Numbered from the stretch's first letter, positions 1-8,472 are shown. The stretch: 39,983 bases of DNA from a virus (IMGVR_UViG_3300020044_008704:1-39983); one strand, 5' to 3'. Numbers and translations are program-made. The notes: generated by a model not told the origin, from the sequence alone.

Positions 1-121
1 TATTATTTGTTGTTTTGGTGTCATAATCTTTGTTGTTAAAATAAATTTAAAGGGGTCAAACTTAATCAATTTCGATAGGTTTGGATGGTTTTTAATATAG
101 ATACCTTAAATACTGTTCTAA
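1..121. repeat. 121-bp terminal direct repeat, left copy (circular assembly overlap)
   Basis: Identical to 39863-39983 (tattatttgttgtttt...tactgttctaa). Confidence 0.95.
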
Positions 122-279
122 TCGAAAATAACCTCTTTATCGCAGTTCAATTTTATAAAATTGCTTACGATTTTTGCAAAAGCGTCAAGGTTCTCTTGTT
201 CTAATTTATCAACCAAAACCTCGCCAACGGTCGGATTTAGTTGTTTTATTGTGTTTGTGATTTGTTGTAAATGTTCCAT
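118..279 (-). CDS. hypothetical protein
   Basis: ORF 118..354. The likely start is ATG at 279 (MEHLQQ...), just after the dnaB stop. Confidence 0.55.
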   Translation of the reverse strand: MEHLQQITNTIKQLNPTVGEVLVDKLEQENLDAFAKIVSNFIKLNCDKEVIFD

Positions 280-289
280 TTTTGTTAAA

Positions 290-1585
290 TTAAAATTCAG
301 TAAATCGGCTAAATAAACCATCAAAATGAAATTTACAATCGCCAAGTTGCCCATTTCTTTGTTTTGCCAATATCACCTCTGCCCTGTTTTTTGAAGCATC
401 GTAAAGCATTTTCCATTCTTCGTAATTCTTTGAATCTTCAAGCTCTCTTGAACGCTCAAGAAAATACTCGTCTCTGTGGACGAACATTACAATATCTGCA
501 TTAGCTTCTACCGCCCCGCTGTCTCTCAAATCAGAAAGAATTGGGCGTTTATTTTCTCTGCTATGAACCGCTCGAGAAAGTTGGGATAATGCCACAACAA
601 CAAGATTAAAGTCTTTAGCAATCTTCTTTAATCCTTCCACAATTTTAGAAACTTCTTGCTCCCTTGAAAATTCCTTTTTTTGCGGTGTTATCAGTTGTAA
701 ATAATCAATGCAAATCATTTTGACATCCATTTTTCTTTTGATTCTCTTGATTTTACTCCTCATTTTTGAGACTGTCATTCCCGCTTCATCATCAACCATT
801 AACTTAAAACTGTCCATTGTCCTTCTGCTAGAATCTATATCCATTTGCTCGCTTTGATTCAGAGTGCCTTGTTTGATTCTAAATGGATTAACGCTAGCCG
901 CTTCGCTTAAGAACTTTCTAGCTAGACTAGAGTCTTTGACTTCAATTGAAAAAAATATTACTCCGTTTTCTTTTGCTACATTTCTTGCTAAATTTAAACA
1001 AAAAGTAGTTTTCCCAGAACTCGGGAGACCGCCAAGGATTATTAAATCCGACAACTCAACCCCACCAGTTAGTGCATCAAGATTATTAAAATCAAAAAAT
1101 AATAACTCTCCTTTCGGATCGTCAACCACTTTATCAACAAGTTTTGAAATATGTTGAGGTTGTTTAGAGCCTTCAAACCCAAAATCTATAAGCTTATCAT
1201 CCAAACTATCCCTGATAGTGGCAAAATCATCGCTAAAATTGATTTTCTCAAAAGCTTCTTGTAGCTGCCTTTTTTGCCAAAAATCAATAACCAATCTCGC
1301 ATAATCCCTTAAATCAATAACTCCACTTGCTTGTGAGAGTAGAGTTCTCATATATGAATCTCCCCCCTCAATTCTCTCCTCAAAAAATGATTTAAGGGTT
1401 AAATTATCAGCTCTTCCAGAAGCTATCACGCTAATTATTCTCTCGTAGATAGCTTGATGATTTAGAAAGTAAAAATGTTTTACTTCCAAAAAATCCATTC
1501 CAAGCAAATAATCGTTATTAATCATCAATGATCCAAGTATTATTTGTTCCACTTCTTCGCTGTATAGTTCTATTTTATTTATCAT
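290..1585 (-). CDS. dnaB: replicative DNA helicase DnaB
   Basis: N-terminal EQIILGSLM, Walker A GLPSSGKTT, IDYLQL, LSQLSR, RPILSDLRDSGAVEANAD, AKQRNG. Confidence 0.97.
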   Translation of the reverse strand: MINKIELYSEEVEQIILGSLMINNDYLLGMDFLEVKHFYFLNHQAIYERIISVIASGRADNLTLKSFFEERIEGGDSYMRTLLSQASGVIDLRDYARLVIDFWQKRQLQEAFEKINFSDDFATIRDSLDDKLIDFGFEGSKQPQHISKLVDKVVDDPKGELLFFDFNNLDALTGGVELSDLIILGGLPSSGKTTFCLNLARNVAKENGVIFFSIEVKDSSLARKFLSEAASVNPFRIKQGTLNQSEQMDIDSSRRTMDSFKLMVDDEAGMTVSKMRSKIKRIKRKMDVKMICIDYLQLITPQKKEFSREQEVSKIVEGLKKIAKDFNLVVVALSQLSRAVHSRENKRPILSDLRDSGAVEANADIVMFVHRDEYFLERSRELEDSKNYEEWKMLYDASKNRAEVILAKQRNGQLGDCKFHFDGLFSRFTEF

Positions 1586-1835
1586 TCAGTAAGTGTTTAA
1601 ATTGAGAGAATTTTTGGGAAAATCTAGCTTCCAAAAAATCCTTTGAAGCTGGCAACTTCCCATAAAGTTCACCTTTTCTTAATCTTTCTGATACTTCCAC
1701 AAATTCAGCGTCAGACATATCTTTACAATCTTCAAAGAGGATATTTATTTTTTGCTCAAGATTTTTTTCGGTAATACTGATTGAGTGGTCAACCAACATT
1801 CTAGTCAAGCATTGAATTATTGTCGTTTTCTTCAT
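1575..1835 (-). CDS. hypothetical protein, possible helicase loader/inhibitor
   Basis: Small ORF between the initiator and DnaB, overlapping both. Function inferred from position only. Confidence 0.45.
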   Translation of the reverse strand: MKKTTIIQCLTRMLVDHSISITEKNLEQKINILFEDCKDMSDAEFVEVSERLRKGELYGKLPASKDFLEARFSQKFSQFKHLLNDK

Positions 1836-2631
1836 TTTTAAATTTTTGCATTAAATTGTTGTAAGTATCCGCCAGTTCTGTTTTTTTGTTGTTTTGAGTT
1901 CGTTTTAAATAATCTTCAATTTTTACAAACTTTTCCCTAAAACTTCCTCCGCTTTGAATTACAGGGAAATAATCTTTTCCGTAATTATTTCCAATGGCTT
2001 GAATTGCTCTTTTTACATCATCCTTTGCCTCGGCTCTAACTTTCAAATCAATTTCAATCAATTTTCTAATTTCTTCTGCGTATGATCTTTGACTAGAAGC
2101 TGGTAATTTTTTATTCATCTTTGCTTCCAAAACAAAAATTAATCCATCTGCCAGAATGATATATTCTTTCTTAACTTCTTTACTTTCTTTACTTTCTTTA
2201 GTTATTGCCCTTCCTTTGCCCTTCCTTTGCCCTTCCTTTGCCCCTTCTTTGTCCTTTTCTATGCCCATTTCTGTGCCTTCTTTTTTGTCGTTATCTTGAT
2301 ATAAGCAGTAGTTTGTAAGAGTGATAAGGCTATATTGCTTTGCCCCTTTGATTGTCAATTCGTTTGTCGATTTTAGTTTAGTTAACGAGGTTCTCACAGT
2401 CTTAATTGAAAGACCACTTGATTCTGCTAGCTTGGAGAGGCTTGTTAAAAATTGACCACGCTTAATATCTATGCCACGCCATTTTTTATCTTCAAAGTTT
2501 GCTCTAAGTAAAATATGAAAGAAAAGTCTAAAAGTGTTGTGGTCATCATACCACTCCCATTCTAAAATTTTGCGATGAATTTTTATAAATCCAATATTAT
2601 TGGTTAAAATTTTTGTCATTGTTTTGCTCAC
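1801..2631 (-). CDS. phage replication initiator protein (DnaD/O-like, winged-helix N-terminus)
   Basis: GFIKIHRKILEWEWY...LLRANF...IKRGQFLTSLSKLA...LITLTNY N-terminus, internal iteron repeats, upstream of DnaB. The start may be ATG 2619. Confidence 0.88.
   Translation of the reverse strand: MSKTMTKILTNNIGFIKIHRKILEWEWYDDHNTFRLFFHILLRANFEDKKWRGIDIKRGQFLTSLSKLAESSGLSIKTVRTSLTKLKSTNELTIKGAKQYSLITLTNYCLYQDNDKKEGTEMGIEKDKEGAKEGQRKGKGRAITKESKESKEVKKEYIILADGLIFVLEAKMNKKLPASSQRSYAEEIRKLIEIDLKVRAEAKDDVKRAIQAIGNNYGKDYFPVIQSGGSFREKFVKIEDYLKRTQNNKKTELADTYNNLMQKFKNEENDNNSMLD
2165..2284. repeat. putative replication origin: 11-bp iterons plus an AT-rich 9-bp repeat
   Basis: TGCCCTTCCTT x3 at 2206-2238, degenerate copies at ~2239, 2250, 2262 and 2274, and adjacent TTCTTTACT repeats at 2176-2200. 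Confidence 0.7.
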
Positions 2632-2791
2632 CGTTAATTTTAAACTTACCTTCTAACTCGTCGCAAATACGCCAAGTTGATTTTCTTACTATGTCTTTAA
2701 GCTTTAGATCTACGCCAGCATATTCTAATTGTTCTAGCATCTCTCCAATTCTTTTCTGGAAAATTTCTTGTATTGTTGATTTTTGCTTCAT
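2597..2791 (-). CDS. hypothetical protein
   Basis: 64-aa ORF with AAGG upstream, overlapping the initiator start. Confidence 0.65.
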   Translation of the reverse strand: MKQKSTIQEIFQKRIGEMLEQLEYAGVDLKLKDIVRKSTWRICDELEGKFKINGEQNNDKNFNQ

Positions 2792-2886
2792 TTGCTTACC
2801 TTTTAATAACTTACTTTCTTATACTCTAACCCAAAAATTCTAACATTCAACATTGATTATTATTTTCTTTTTGATACTCTTTTACT

Positions 2887-3072
2887 ATGAAAACAATCCG
2901 CTCCATATACCCCCATCTAGTCTTTAAAATCAACTGTAAAGACAGTGAAATTGAAGAAGCAACCAAAACAGCTAATGAGCTGGCTGAAAAGCTGGTAAAA
3001 CTAGGAAGTAAAGGGTCTAATCTGTCGTTCTCTAGTCTTCAAATTATGAAGCAATATCTGATGGTTCTTTGA
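2887..3072 (+). CDS. hypothetical protein (antisense to the replication block)
   Basis: 61-aa ATG ORF filling the gap between minus-strand genes. Confidence 0.4.
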   Translation: MKTIRSIYPHLVFKINCKDSEIEEATKTANELAEKLVKLGSKGSNLSFSSLQIMKQYLMVL

Positions 3073-3244
3073 CTAAGTCTTGTCCTGTTTTAATTACAAA
3101 TCCAATATGCCCATTCTTACACTCAAATTTTTTTAAGTAGGCACGAGTGGGATAAACTGCAATCCATCTATCGAGGCATTTTAAGCAAATTACTTCGCTT
3201 ATATCGTGAGGGAGGTTTACTTCTATGTCTATTATTTCACCCAT
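3044..3244 (-). CDS. hypothetical protein with CxxC...CxxxH, possibly Zn-binding
   Basis: CLKC...CKNGH, coupled to the phosphoesterase stop. Confidence 0.65.
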   Translation of the reverse strand: MGEIIDIEVNLPHDISEVICLKCLDRWIAVYPTRAYLKKFECKNGHIGFVIKTGQDLVKEPSDIAS

Positions 3245-3725
3245 TTATTTTTTTTAATATCTCCCCAAAAGAGATGGGAGTAAGATTTATACATTCTATC
3301 GAAACATTGATATATCTTATATCATCCAACCGTTTAGAATGTAAATGTCCGTGTATGTTGTGGGTATATCTTGGAAATTGGCTATCGTGAACTGGGATGT
3401 GGCTTAAAATCATTCCTCCGTATTCTACAACTCCGCCAACTCTAGTAAAATATTTAAGATAATCAGCGGCAGGATAAAGGTCGTGGTTGCCCATTATTAA
3501 TCTTTTAGTTCCGTTTAATCTGCCTGCAATTTCTAATGTCTTTTTACCAAAACAAAAATCACCCAATACCCAAACGGAATCTCTTTTGGAAACTCGGTTA
3601 TTCCAACGCTTTACAAGCTCTTCATCGTGTTCTTCGATAGTTTTAAATGGTCTATGCGTATGTTCAAATTCAATGACTTTTTTGTGTCCGAAATGAAGAT
3701 CTGCAATAAAGAATGTTTCGCTCAT
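3237..3725 (-). CDS. calcineurin-like metallophosphoesterase
   Basis: Motifs DLHFGH, LGDF, GNHD, SHIP and HGHLH. Confidence 0.92.
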   Translation of the reverse strand: MSETFFIADLHFGHKKVIEFEHTHRPFKTIEEHDEELVKRWNNRVSKRDSVWVLGDFCFGKKTLEIAGRLNGTKRLIMGNHDLYPAADYLKYFTRVGGVVEYGGMILSHIPVHDSQFPRYTHNIHGHLHSKRLDDIRYINVSIECINLTPISFGEILKKING

Positions 3726-3925
3726 CTCCCAAATTTCCCCAATTTATTCTTTTTAATCCCCAAATCCTTTCTGGTTTTAATACCAGAGCTTTTAATATAT
3801 CTCAACAAAGTGCTTTCCGAGGTCTTAATTCCATAATCTTTTTTGATAATTTTAAGCACTTCTTTAATTCCTAGTTTTGGGTCGTGATATAGGCTAGTCA
3901 AGTCTTCGTCCGTTAGTATTTTCAT
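3722..3925 (-). CDS. small HTH DNA-binding protein
   Basis: Basic 67 aa with YGIKTSESTLLRYIKSSGI HTH-like segment. First gene of the leftward block. Confidence 0.6.
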   Translation of the reverse strand: MKILTDEDLTSLYHDPKLGIKEVLKIIKKDYGIKTSESTLLRYIKSSGIKTRKDLGIKKNKLGKFGR

Positions 3926-3954
3926 TCTTAAAGTAGATAATTATAAAAAACCGC

Positions 3955-3982
3955 ATTATCACCACCACAATTAATTTGTCAA
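3955..3982 (-). promoter_or_regulatory. sigma70-type promoter, leftward
   Basis: TTGACA (3982-3977), N16, GATAAT (3960-3955). Confidence 0.6.
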
Positions 3983-4102
3983 TCTTGAATATTTATTGCA
4001 AAATTAATGCGAATAATTATACTTATTTTAACATTAATTAAAAATAGTTTGCTAGAAATTAAAGGCTCGGCAGGTTATTTGTAAAATAATTTTATTTTGT
4101 TG

Positions 4103-4130
4103 TTGACAAGATAAATTAAACCTTCATAAT
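4103..4130 (+). promoter_or_regulatory. sigma70-type promoter, rightward
   Basis: TTGACA (4103-4108), N16, CATAAT (4125-4130). Confidence 0.65.
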
Positions 4131-4180
4131 ACCGCCATCAATTTGAAATTAATTTTTCAAGTTGTGTAAAATGAAATCAG

Positions 4181-4219
4181 TTCAACCCCAGAATTTGTGA
4201 AAGTTTTTCTGGGGTTGAA
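4181..4219. repeat. 13-bp perfect inverted repeat (leader hairpin)
   Basis: TTCAACCCCAGAA / TTCTGGGGTTGAA with a 13-nt loop. Confidence 0.8.
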
Positions 4220-4344
4220 TTCAAAAAATGAATAATGATAAAGAAAATCAGATTTTGGATTTATAGAATTTTTACAAAAAGCAGCATCAGGGTTAATGAC
4301 GATGCAACAATTGATTTATTTGTAAATAAAGGAGAATTTGGAAA

Positions 4345-4734
4345 ATGGGAATAACGCAAGATTGGTTTATAATTGATTCAAAGAATTGGTTTCTTGCGAT
4401 ATTCAAAACATTTGAACAAAAATGTGATGAATTAGCTTTGCCGATTTACACAATTGAAAAGCAAGAACCAGCTAAAATTAGTAAAGAATTACAACAAAGA
4501 ATTGATAATTGGTTGCTTGATAGTTTTGATGAAATTATGTCGGGAGACAAAGATAATTATTTCAACGAGGAAACAAGAGAAAGAAATTGTTATAAAACAG
4601 CGGTTTGGAATTTTATTAATGACTTTGATAAGATTGATGAAGATTTTGAGTTTATAGAATATAACAAAGAAGATGAGCTAGAGGCTTGGCAAGAACAAAG
4701 ATTATTAATCCTTAATTATTTGAAAACTTTATGA
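4345..4734 (+). CDS. acidic hypothetical protein
   Basis: AAGGAG RBS; 129 aa rich in D/E. Confidence 0.7.
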   Translation: MGITQDWFIIDSKNWFLAIFKTFEQKCDELALPIYTIEKQEPAKISKELQQRIDNWLLDSFDEIMSGDKDNYFNEETRERNCYKTAVWNFINDFDKIDEDFEFIEYNKEDELEAWQEQRLLILNYLKTL

Positions 4735-5267
4735 AAAATCAAATACTAAACAAATTTCTTAAAAAGTATAACGCCTGTGAAGATGGATATAATTTTGCAA
4801 AAGATTTAACTCTTGAGCAATTTCTAGAAAAATGCGAACGAGGGGATTGGATTTTATGGCTTTTTAAACGAACTAATCCAAACGACAAAAGAGCTAGAGT
4901 TTTGGTTGCTGCTCATTGTGCCAATACTGTTAGACATTTAATGAGAGATCAAAGAAGTTCGAATGCTATAGATATTGCTATTAAATACGGTAATAACGAA
5001 GCTACAGATCAAGAACTTTCTGATGCTGATGCTGCTGCTGATGCTGATGCTGCTGCTTATGCTGCTTATGCTGCTTATGCTGCTTATGCTGCTTATGCTG
5101 CTGCTGCTGCTTATGCTGCTTATGCTGCTTATGCTGCTGCTGCTGCTGCTGCTTATGCTGCTGCTGCTGCTGCTGCTTATGCTGCTAGAAAGAAGAATCA
5201 AAGATTAACCGCAGATATTTGCAGACAATATTTATCAATCGAACTTTGGGATCAATCAAAAATATAA
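4731..5267 (+). CDS. Imm5-like helical protein with Ala/Tyr repeat tract
   Basis: AAHCANTV..DQRSSNAIDIA resembles Imm5-like AADCAE..DxRPxxAI. Followed by an (A/Y/D) tract. ATGA coupling with the upstream gene. Confidence 0.65.
   Translation: MKNQILNKFLKKYNACEDGYNFAKDLTLEQFLEKCERGDWILWLFKRTNPNDKRARVLVAAHCANTVRHLMRDQRSSNAIDIAIKYGNNEATDQELSDADAAADADAAAYAAYAAYAAYAAYAAAAAYAAYAAYAAAAAAAYAAAAAAAYAARKKNQRLTADICRQYLSIELWDQSKI
5022..5186 (+). repeat. coding microsatellite of GCT/TAT/GAT codons (55 codons)
   Basis: (GCT)n interspersed with TAT or GAT, with a 9-bp unit TATGCTGCT. Confidence 0.95.
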
Positions 5268-5276
5268 ATAGTAAAA

Positions 5277-5399
5277 ATGAAAGGAAACACAAAATCATAT
5301 AATCAAGTCAAACAAGAACAACAAACTAGACGGATATGCTGGTTAAGTGTTGCGGTTTGTTTGGTGATGGTAGTGGGATTTATTTATTTAATTAACTAA
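5277..5399 (+). CDS. small membrane peptide (40 aa)
   Basis: Hand-translated MKGNTKS...ICWLSVAVCLVMVVGFIYLIN, one TM segment. Confidence 0.5.
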   Translation: MKGNTKSYNQVKQEQQTRRICWLSVAVCLVMVVGFIYLIN

Positions 5400-5474
5400 T
5401 GAACGAAGAACTACAACAATATTACTACGAAATGGCGGGATCGTTTGATTCTGCTGAAACTAATGGAGAAAACA

Positions 5475-6170
5475 ATGAAACTAATAGCTAAAGCACTAAT
5501 AGAAGCCCAAAGAGAAATGGGTAATGCAATAAAGGATAGTAAAAATCCCTTTTTTAAGTCGGCATATGCTGATCTTAATTCGGTAAAAGATGCGTGTATT
5601 CCAGCGTTTAATAAATATGGGATTGGAGTTTGTCAGCCAGTTATTCAGAAAGACGGTAAAAGTTATGTTAGAACTATGTTGATCCACGAAAGTGGAGAAA
5701 CCAACGAGACAATGGGAATTCCATCTTGCGATGTGGAAATACTATTTTTTAAACCAAATGATGCACAAGGACAAGGTTCGGGAATTACTTATGCGAGACG
5801 ATATGGCTTGCAATCGATGGCTAATATTGGTGCAGAAGATGATGACGGCAACAAAGCAGTTGAAGAGCCAAAGAAACAAAAAGGAAACCAGTTCAGCGGA
5901 TTAGCGGAGGCTGCGGATAAAGATATGAAAGCAACACAAAGAGCCGCTAACGAAACAGATTTTAGAAGAATTAAATTACTTTTAGAAACTGCGGAAACGG
6001 AGGAAGAGTTAAATGTTATTTCTAAGAACGAAACTAAAACAATCAACAAGTTAGCAAAATACGCACCAGATTTATTTGGTTTATTGAAAGATTGTAAAAC
6101 TGAGATGCTTAGAAGTTTTACAATGAAAGAAGAACTTGGTGATAATATTGACTATAGCATTGCGGGCTAA
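5475..6170 (+). CDS. erf: ERF-family single-strand annealing protein
   Basis: KDSKNPFFKSAYADL, HESGE, QGQGSGITYARRYGL, EDDDGN. GGAG RBS before ATG 5475. Confidence 0.93.
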   Translation: MKLIAKALIEAQREMGNAIKDSKNPFFKSAYADLNSVKDACIPAFNKYGIGVCQPVIQKDGKSYVRTMLIHESGETNETMGIPSCDVEILFFKPNDAQGQGSGITYARRYGLQSMANIGAEDDDGNKAVEEPKKQKGNQFSGLAEAADKDMKATQRAANETDFRRIKLLLETAETEEELNVISKNETKTINKLAKYAPDLFGLLKDCKTEMLRSFTMKEELGDNIDYSIAG

Positions 6171-6195
6171 ATTTAACAATTAAATAACTAAAATT

Positions 6196-6429
6196 ATGAA
6201 GTGGAAACCGATTGAAACAGCACCAAAAGACAAACCTATCTTAGTGATTGGTGGAGAAGTTAGTCCAGATGTTGGAGGAGATTATCCTTTAACTATTCCT
6301 ATGGTCGTTGATTGGCAAGGTTATTGGTCATTAGTTCATTCGTGTTATTATAGCGTAGACACTTATAATCCAACGCACTGGTGTGAATTGCCAGAATTAC
6401 AAGAAGAAACTAAAGATGATAACTCATAA
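6196..6429 (+). CDS. DUF551-like phage protein
   Basis: WKPIETAPKD...PTHWCELP signature. Confidence 0.8.
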   Translation: MKWKPIETAPKDKPILVIGGEVSPDVGGDYPLTIPMVVDWQGYWSLVHSCYYSVDTYNPTHWCELPELQEETKDDNS

Positions 6430-6964
6430 AATCACCATCAAGAAACAAGACGACAAAAAAGACAAATGTAAGGCTATTTATTTCAAAGTAGTTGAACTGT
6501 CTAAACTTGGTGAGTTTGAGGTAATATTCCAAAACATAAAAACACCCAAAACCAACGAGCAACTAAAGGGTGTTTATAAAATGTTTCAACTTGCCTTACC
6601 TCATTTTCAGAAATGGCGACCAAGACAAGAATGGGATTTGGAGAAAATTAAGGAGTTTGTCAAGGCGGAGCTTGGCTATACCAGAGAGCCAAGTGGCTTT
6701 GAGATTGGAATGATGATTAAACAAAGCGGGTTTTGCCCTAAAGGTCAGGCAGAAAAGATGAGAATGATTAAGTTTTGTAAGAAGATCAAGCAAAACATTA
6801 GCTTTGCTGATTTTACCAAAGAGCAGCTTTTTAAGTTCATTAATGAGTTTGAGGTTTGGGCTTTGAGTGTTAAAGATGATAAGCCAAGTTGGAATGATGT
6901 TTTTTTGGATGATGGGAGTAAAAAGAGTTTATTGGAGTGGTATGGCAAAAAAAGCACCAACTAA
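6416..6964 (+). CDS. NinB-like hypothetical protein
   Basis: KTNEQLKGVY and SFADFTKEQLFKFINEFE resemble NinB/Orf motifs. Recombination-gene context. Confidence 0.5.
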   Translation: MITHKITIKKQDDKKDKCKAIYFKVVELSKLGEFEVIFQNIKTPKTNEQLKGVYKMFQLALPHFQKWRPRQEWDLEKIKEFVKAELGYTREPSGFEIGMMIKQSGFCPKGQAEKMRMIKFCKKIKQNISFADFTKEQLFKFINEFEVWALSVKDDKPSWNDVFLDDGSKKSLLEWYGKKSTN

Positions 6965-7226
6965 AGCCGAAAAACTCCATTACTCAAGAGTGGTAGATTT
7001 AGGATGTTTAATCTGTGAAATGCCAGCAGAAATTCATCACATTACTACAACAAGAGGTTTTGGTGGTCGGGCTAAGAATAACGAGGTTTTACCACTTTGC
7101 CCACTTCACCATAGGCTTGGGAATAGAGGGGTTGCTGTGCATTCGGGGGTTAAGAGTTGGGAGGAAATTCACGGCGAGCAAACCGAATTATTAAAAAAAG
7201 TTAATCGGCTTTTAGGAATTGATTAA
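6942..7226 (+). CDS. Ref/DUF968-like HNH-type nuclease
   Basis: GCLIC..AEIHH...VLPLCPLHH...VHSG..WE..HG motif set. Confidence 0.8.
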   Translation: MAKKAPTKAEKLHYSRVVDLGCLICEMPAEIHHITTTRGFGGRAKNNEVLPLCPLHHRLGNRGVAVHSGVKSWEEIHGEQTELLKKVNRLLGID

Positions 7227-7254
7227 AGAGTATCTTAAACAACAATAAATTAAA

Positions 7255-7413
7255 ATGACGAAAGATATTAGGCGGCGTTGTGAGAATTGTAATAATGTTA
7301 TTGAGCATAAGCATATAAACGCTAAATTCTGTGGTCAAAAATGCAAAGATAAATATCACAATAGAACAAACCCACGAGGAAAATTTGCACATTTGAGAGG
7401 TAAGCCTTTTTAA
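7255..7413 (+). CDS. small C4 zinc-finger protein (52 aa)
   Basis: Hand-translated MTKDIRRRCENC...AKFCGQKCKDKYHN. Confidence 0.65.
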   Translation: MTKDIRRRCENCNNVIEHKHINAKFCGQKCKDKYHNRTNPRGKFAHLRGKPF

Positions 7414-7443
7414 TCTCAACAATCCATTAGAACAAAAGAAATT

Positions 7444-7608
7444 ATGAAAAAATACAAAGACAAAAAAACAGGCGAAGAATTTGGCTATTTAATTGAGCGT
7501 GGAGGCTTTGTTATATTAATTCCAGTATCGGAATGGAATAATATTTCTCCATCGGAAGAGTTGGTTTGGAAACCAGATTTTGATGACAGATTTGAGAAAG
7601 TTGAGTAA
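7444..7608 (+). CDS. hypothetical protein (54 aa)
   Basis: Hand-translated MKKYKDKKTGEEFGY...FDDRFEKVE. Confidence 0.55.
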   Translation: MKKYKDKKTGEEFGYLIERGGFVILIPVSEWNNISPSEELVWKPDFDDRFEKVE

Positions 7609-7633
7609 CCACTAACCATTAACAACTAAAATT

Positions 7634-7849
7634 ATGAGCAAACAATACAGAATCGTTAAAGAAACCTCTCCAAATGGAGCAGAGTGGTTTATAGTTCAAG
7701 AAAGTGTCAAATCTTTTTGGTCAAAAAGTATTAAATGGGAAAAACGAGGTATTCATTATGATTTGGAAGTTGCCGAGAAAAAGATTAAAGAATTATTAAC
7801 TGAGCCAAAATTAGAAGTAATTGGATATTATCCACCTATTAACAATTAA
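7634..7849 (+). CDS. hypothetical protein
   Basis: 71-aa ORF in a co-directional block. Confidence 0.7.
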   Translation: MSKQYRIVKETSPNGAEWFIVQESVKSFWSKSIKWEKRGIHYDLEVAEKKIKELLTEPKLEVIGYYPPINN

Positions 7850-7858
7850 AGAGGGAGT

Positions 7859-8245
7859 ATGAAAACAACAAGCTACGAAATTTCGCGTAAATTAACAGAA
7901 GTGGGATTTGCAATAAATAATGCTTCAATCTTTGCATATTTTAGTAAGCCAATGGTTAGCCCAATGGAATTAGTTGGAAAATTTATTGTCGCTGATGGTT
8001 TAAAAGAGGGCTATAGCCTAGATTATTATTCGTTTGATTTAGAGACGATTTTAGAGGCTTTGCCTGATATAATTTACAGCAGCGATGATTTTGGACTTAA
8101 GAAAAATGAGATAGGTTATTATTACTTTGATTATGACCACGTGGCTCATGGAATCTATATCGAGAAAGAAAAAGACGAATCTCTAGCCGATACTGCCGCT
8201 AGACTTTTACTAACCTTACACGAGAAAAACCTCGTTAAATTTTAA
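7859..8245 (+). CDS. hypothetical protein
   Basis: GAGGGAG RBS; 128 aa. Confidence 0.75.
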   Translation: MKTTSYEISRKLTEVGFAINNASIFAYFSKPMVSPMELVGKFIVADGLKEGYSLDYYSFDLETILEALPDIIYSSDDFGLKKNEIGYYYFDYDHVAHGIYIEKEKDESLADTAARLLLTLHEKNLVKF

Positions 8246-8253
8246 GGAGCTTT

Positions 8254-8472
8254 ATGACATTACAAGAACAGATAAAAAGACTAGAAATAATAGCAAACGA
8301 CAAGTTCCATGGCGTTGATGATAGCACAACAAAACTAGCCAAAGAAGCCATCTCTATCATTAAAAAGCAGGAGCAAATAATCAATAGAGCATTACTTGGC
8401 TTAGAAGCTTCTGATTCTAAATACAGATCAGAAGTTATTGCGGAAATCAACAAACTAATGGAGCAACAATAA
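8254..8472 (+). CDS. hypothetical protein
   Basis: AAGGAG RBS; helical. Confidence 0.7.
   Translation: MTLQEQIKRLEIIANDKFHGVDDSTTKLAKEAISIIKKQEQIINRALLGLEASDSKYRSEVIAEINKLMEQQ

Noticed and set aside
1-121. Terminal repeat as a true virion DTR
   Set aside because: It is an exact 121-bp overlap cutting through the coding block, typical of an assembler k-mer overlap. It shows circularity only.
4028-4041. Canonical CtrA box
   Set aside because: The spacing is TTAA-N6-TTAA rather than N7, and TTAA is frequent in such AT-rich DNA.
5022-5186. CRISPR array or DGR variable region
   Set aside because: It is a simple tandem codon repeat with no spacers. I saw no reverse transcriptase or TR/VR pair in the genome.
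4938-5208. Poly-Ser (minus strand) and poly-Leu/Met (plus strand) ORFs
   Set aside because: These are alternate-frame shadows of the GCT/TAT repeat.
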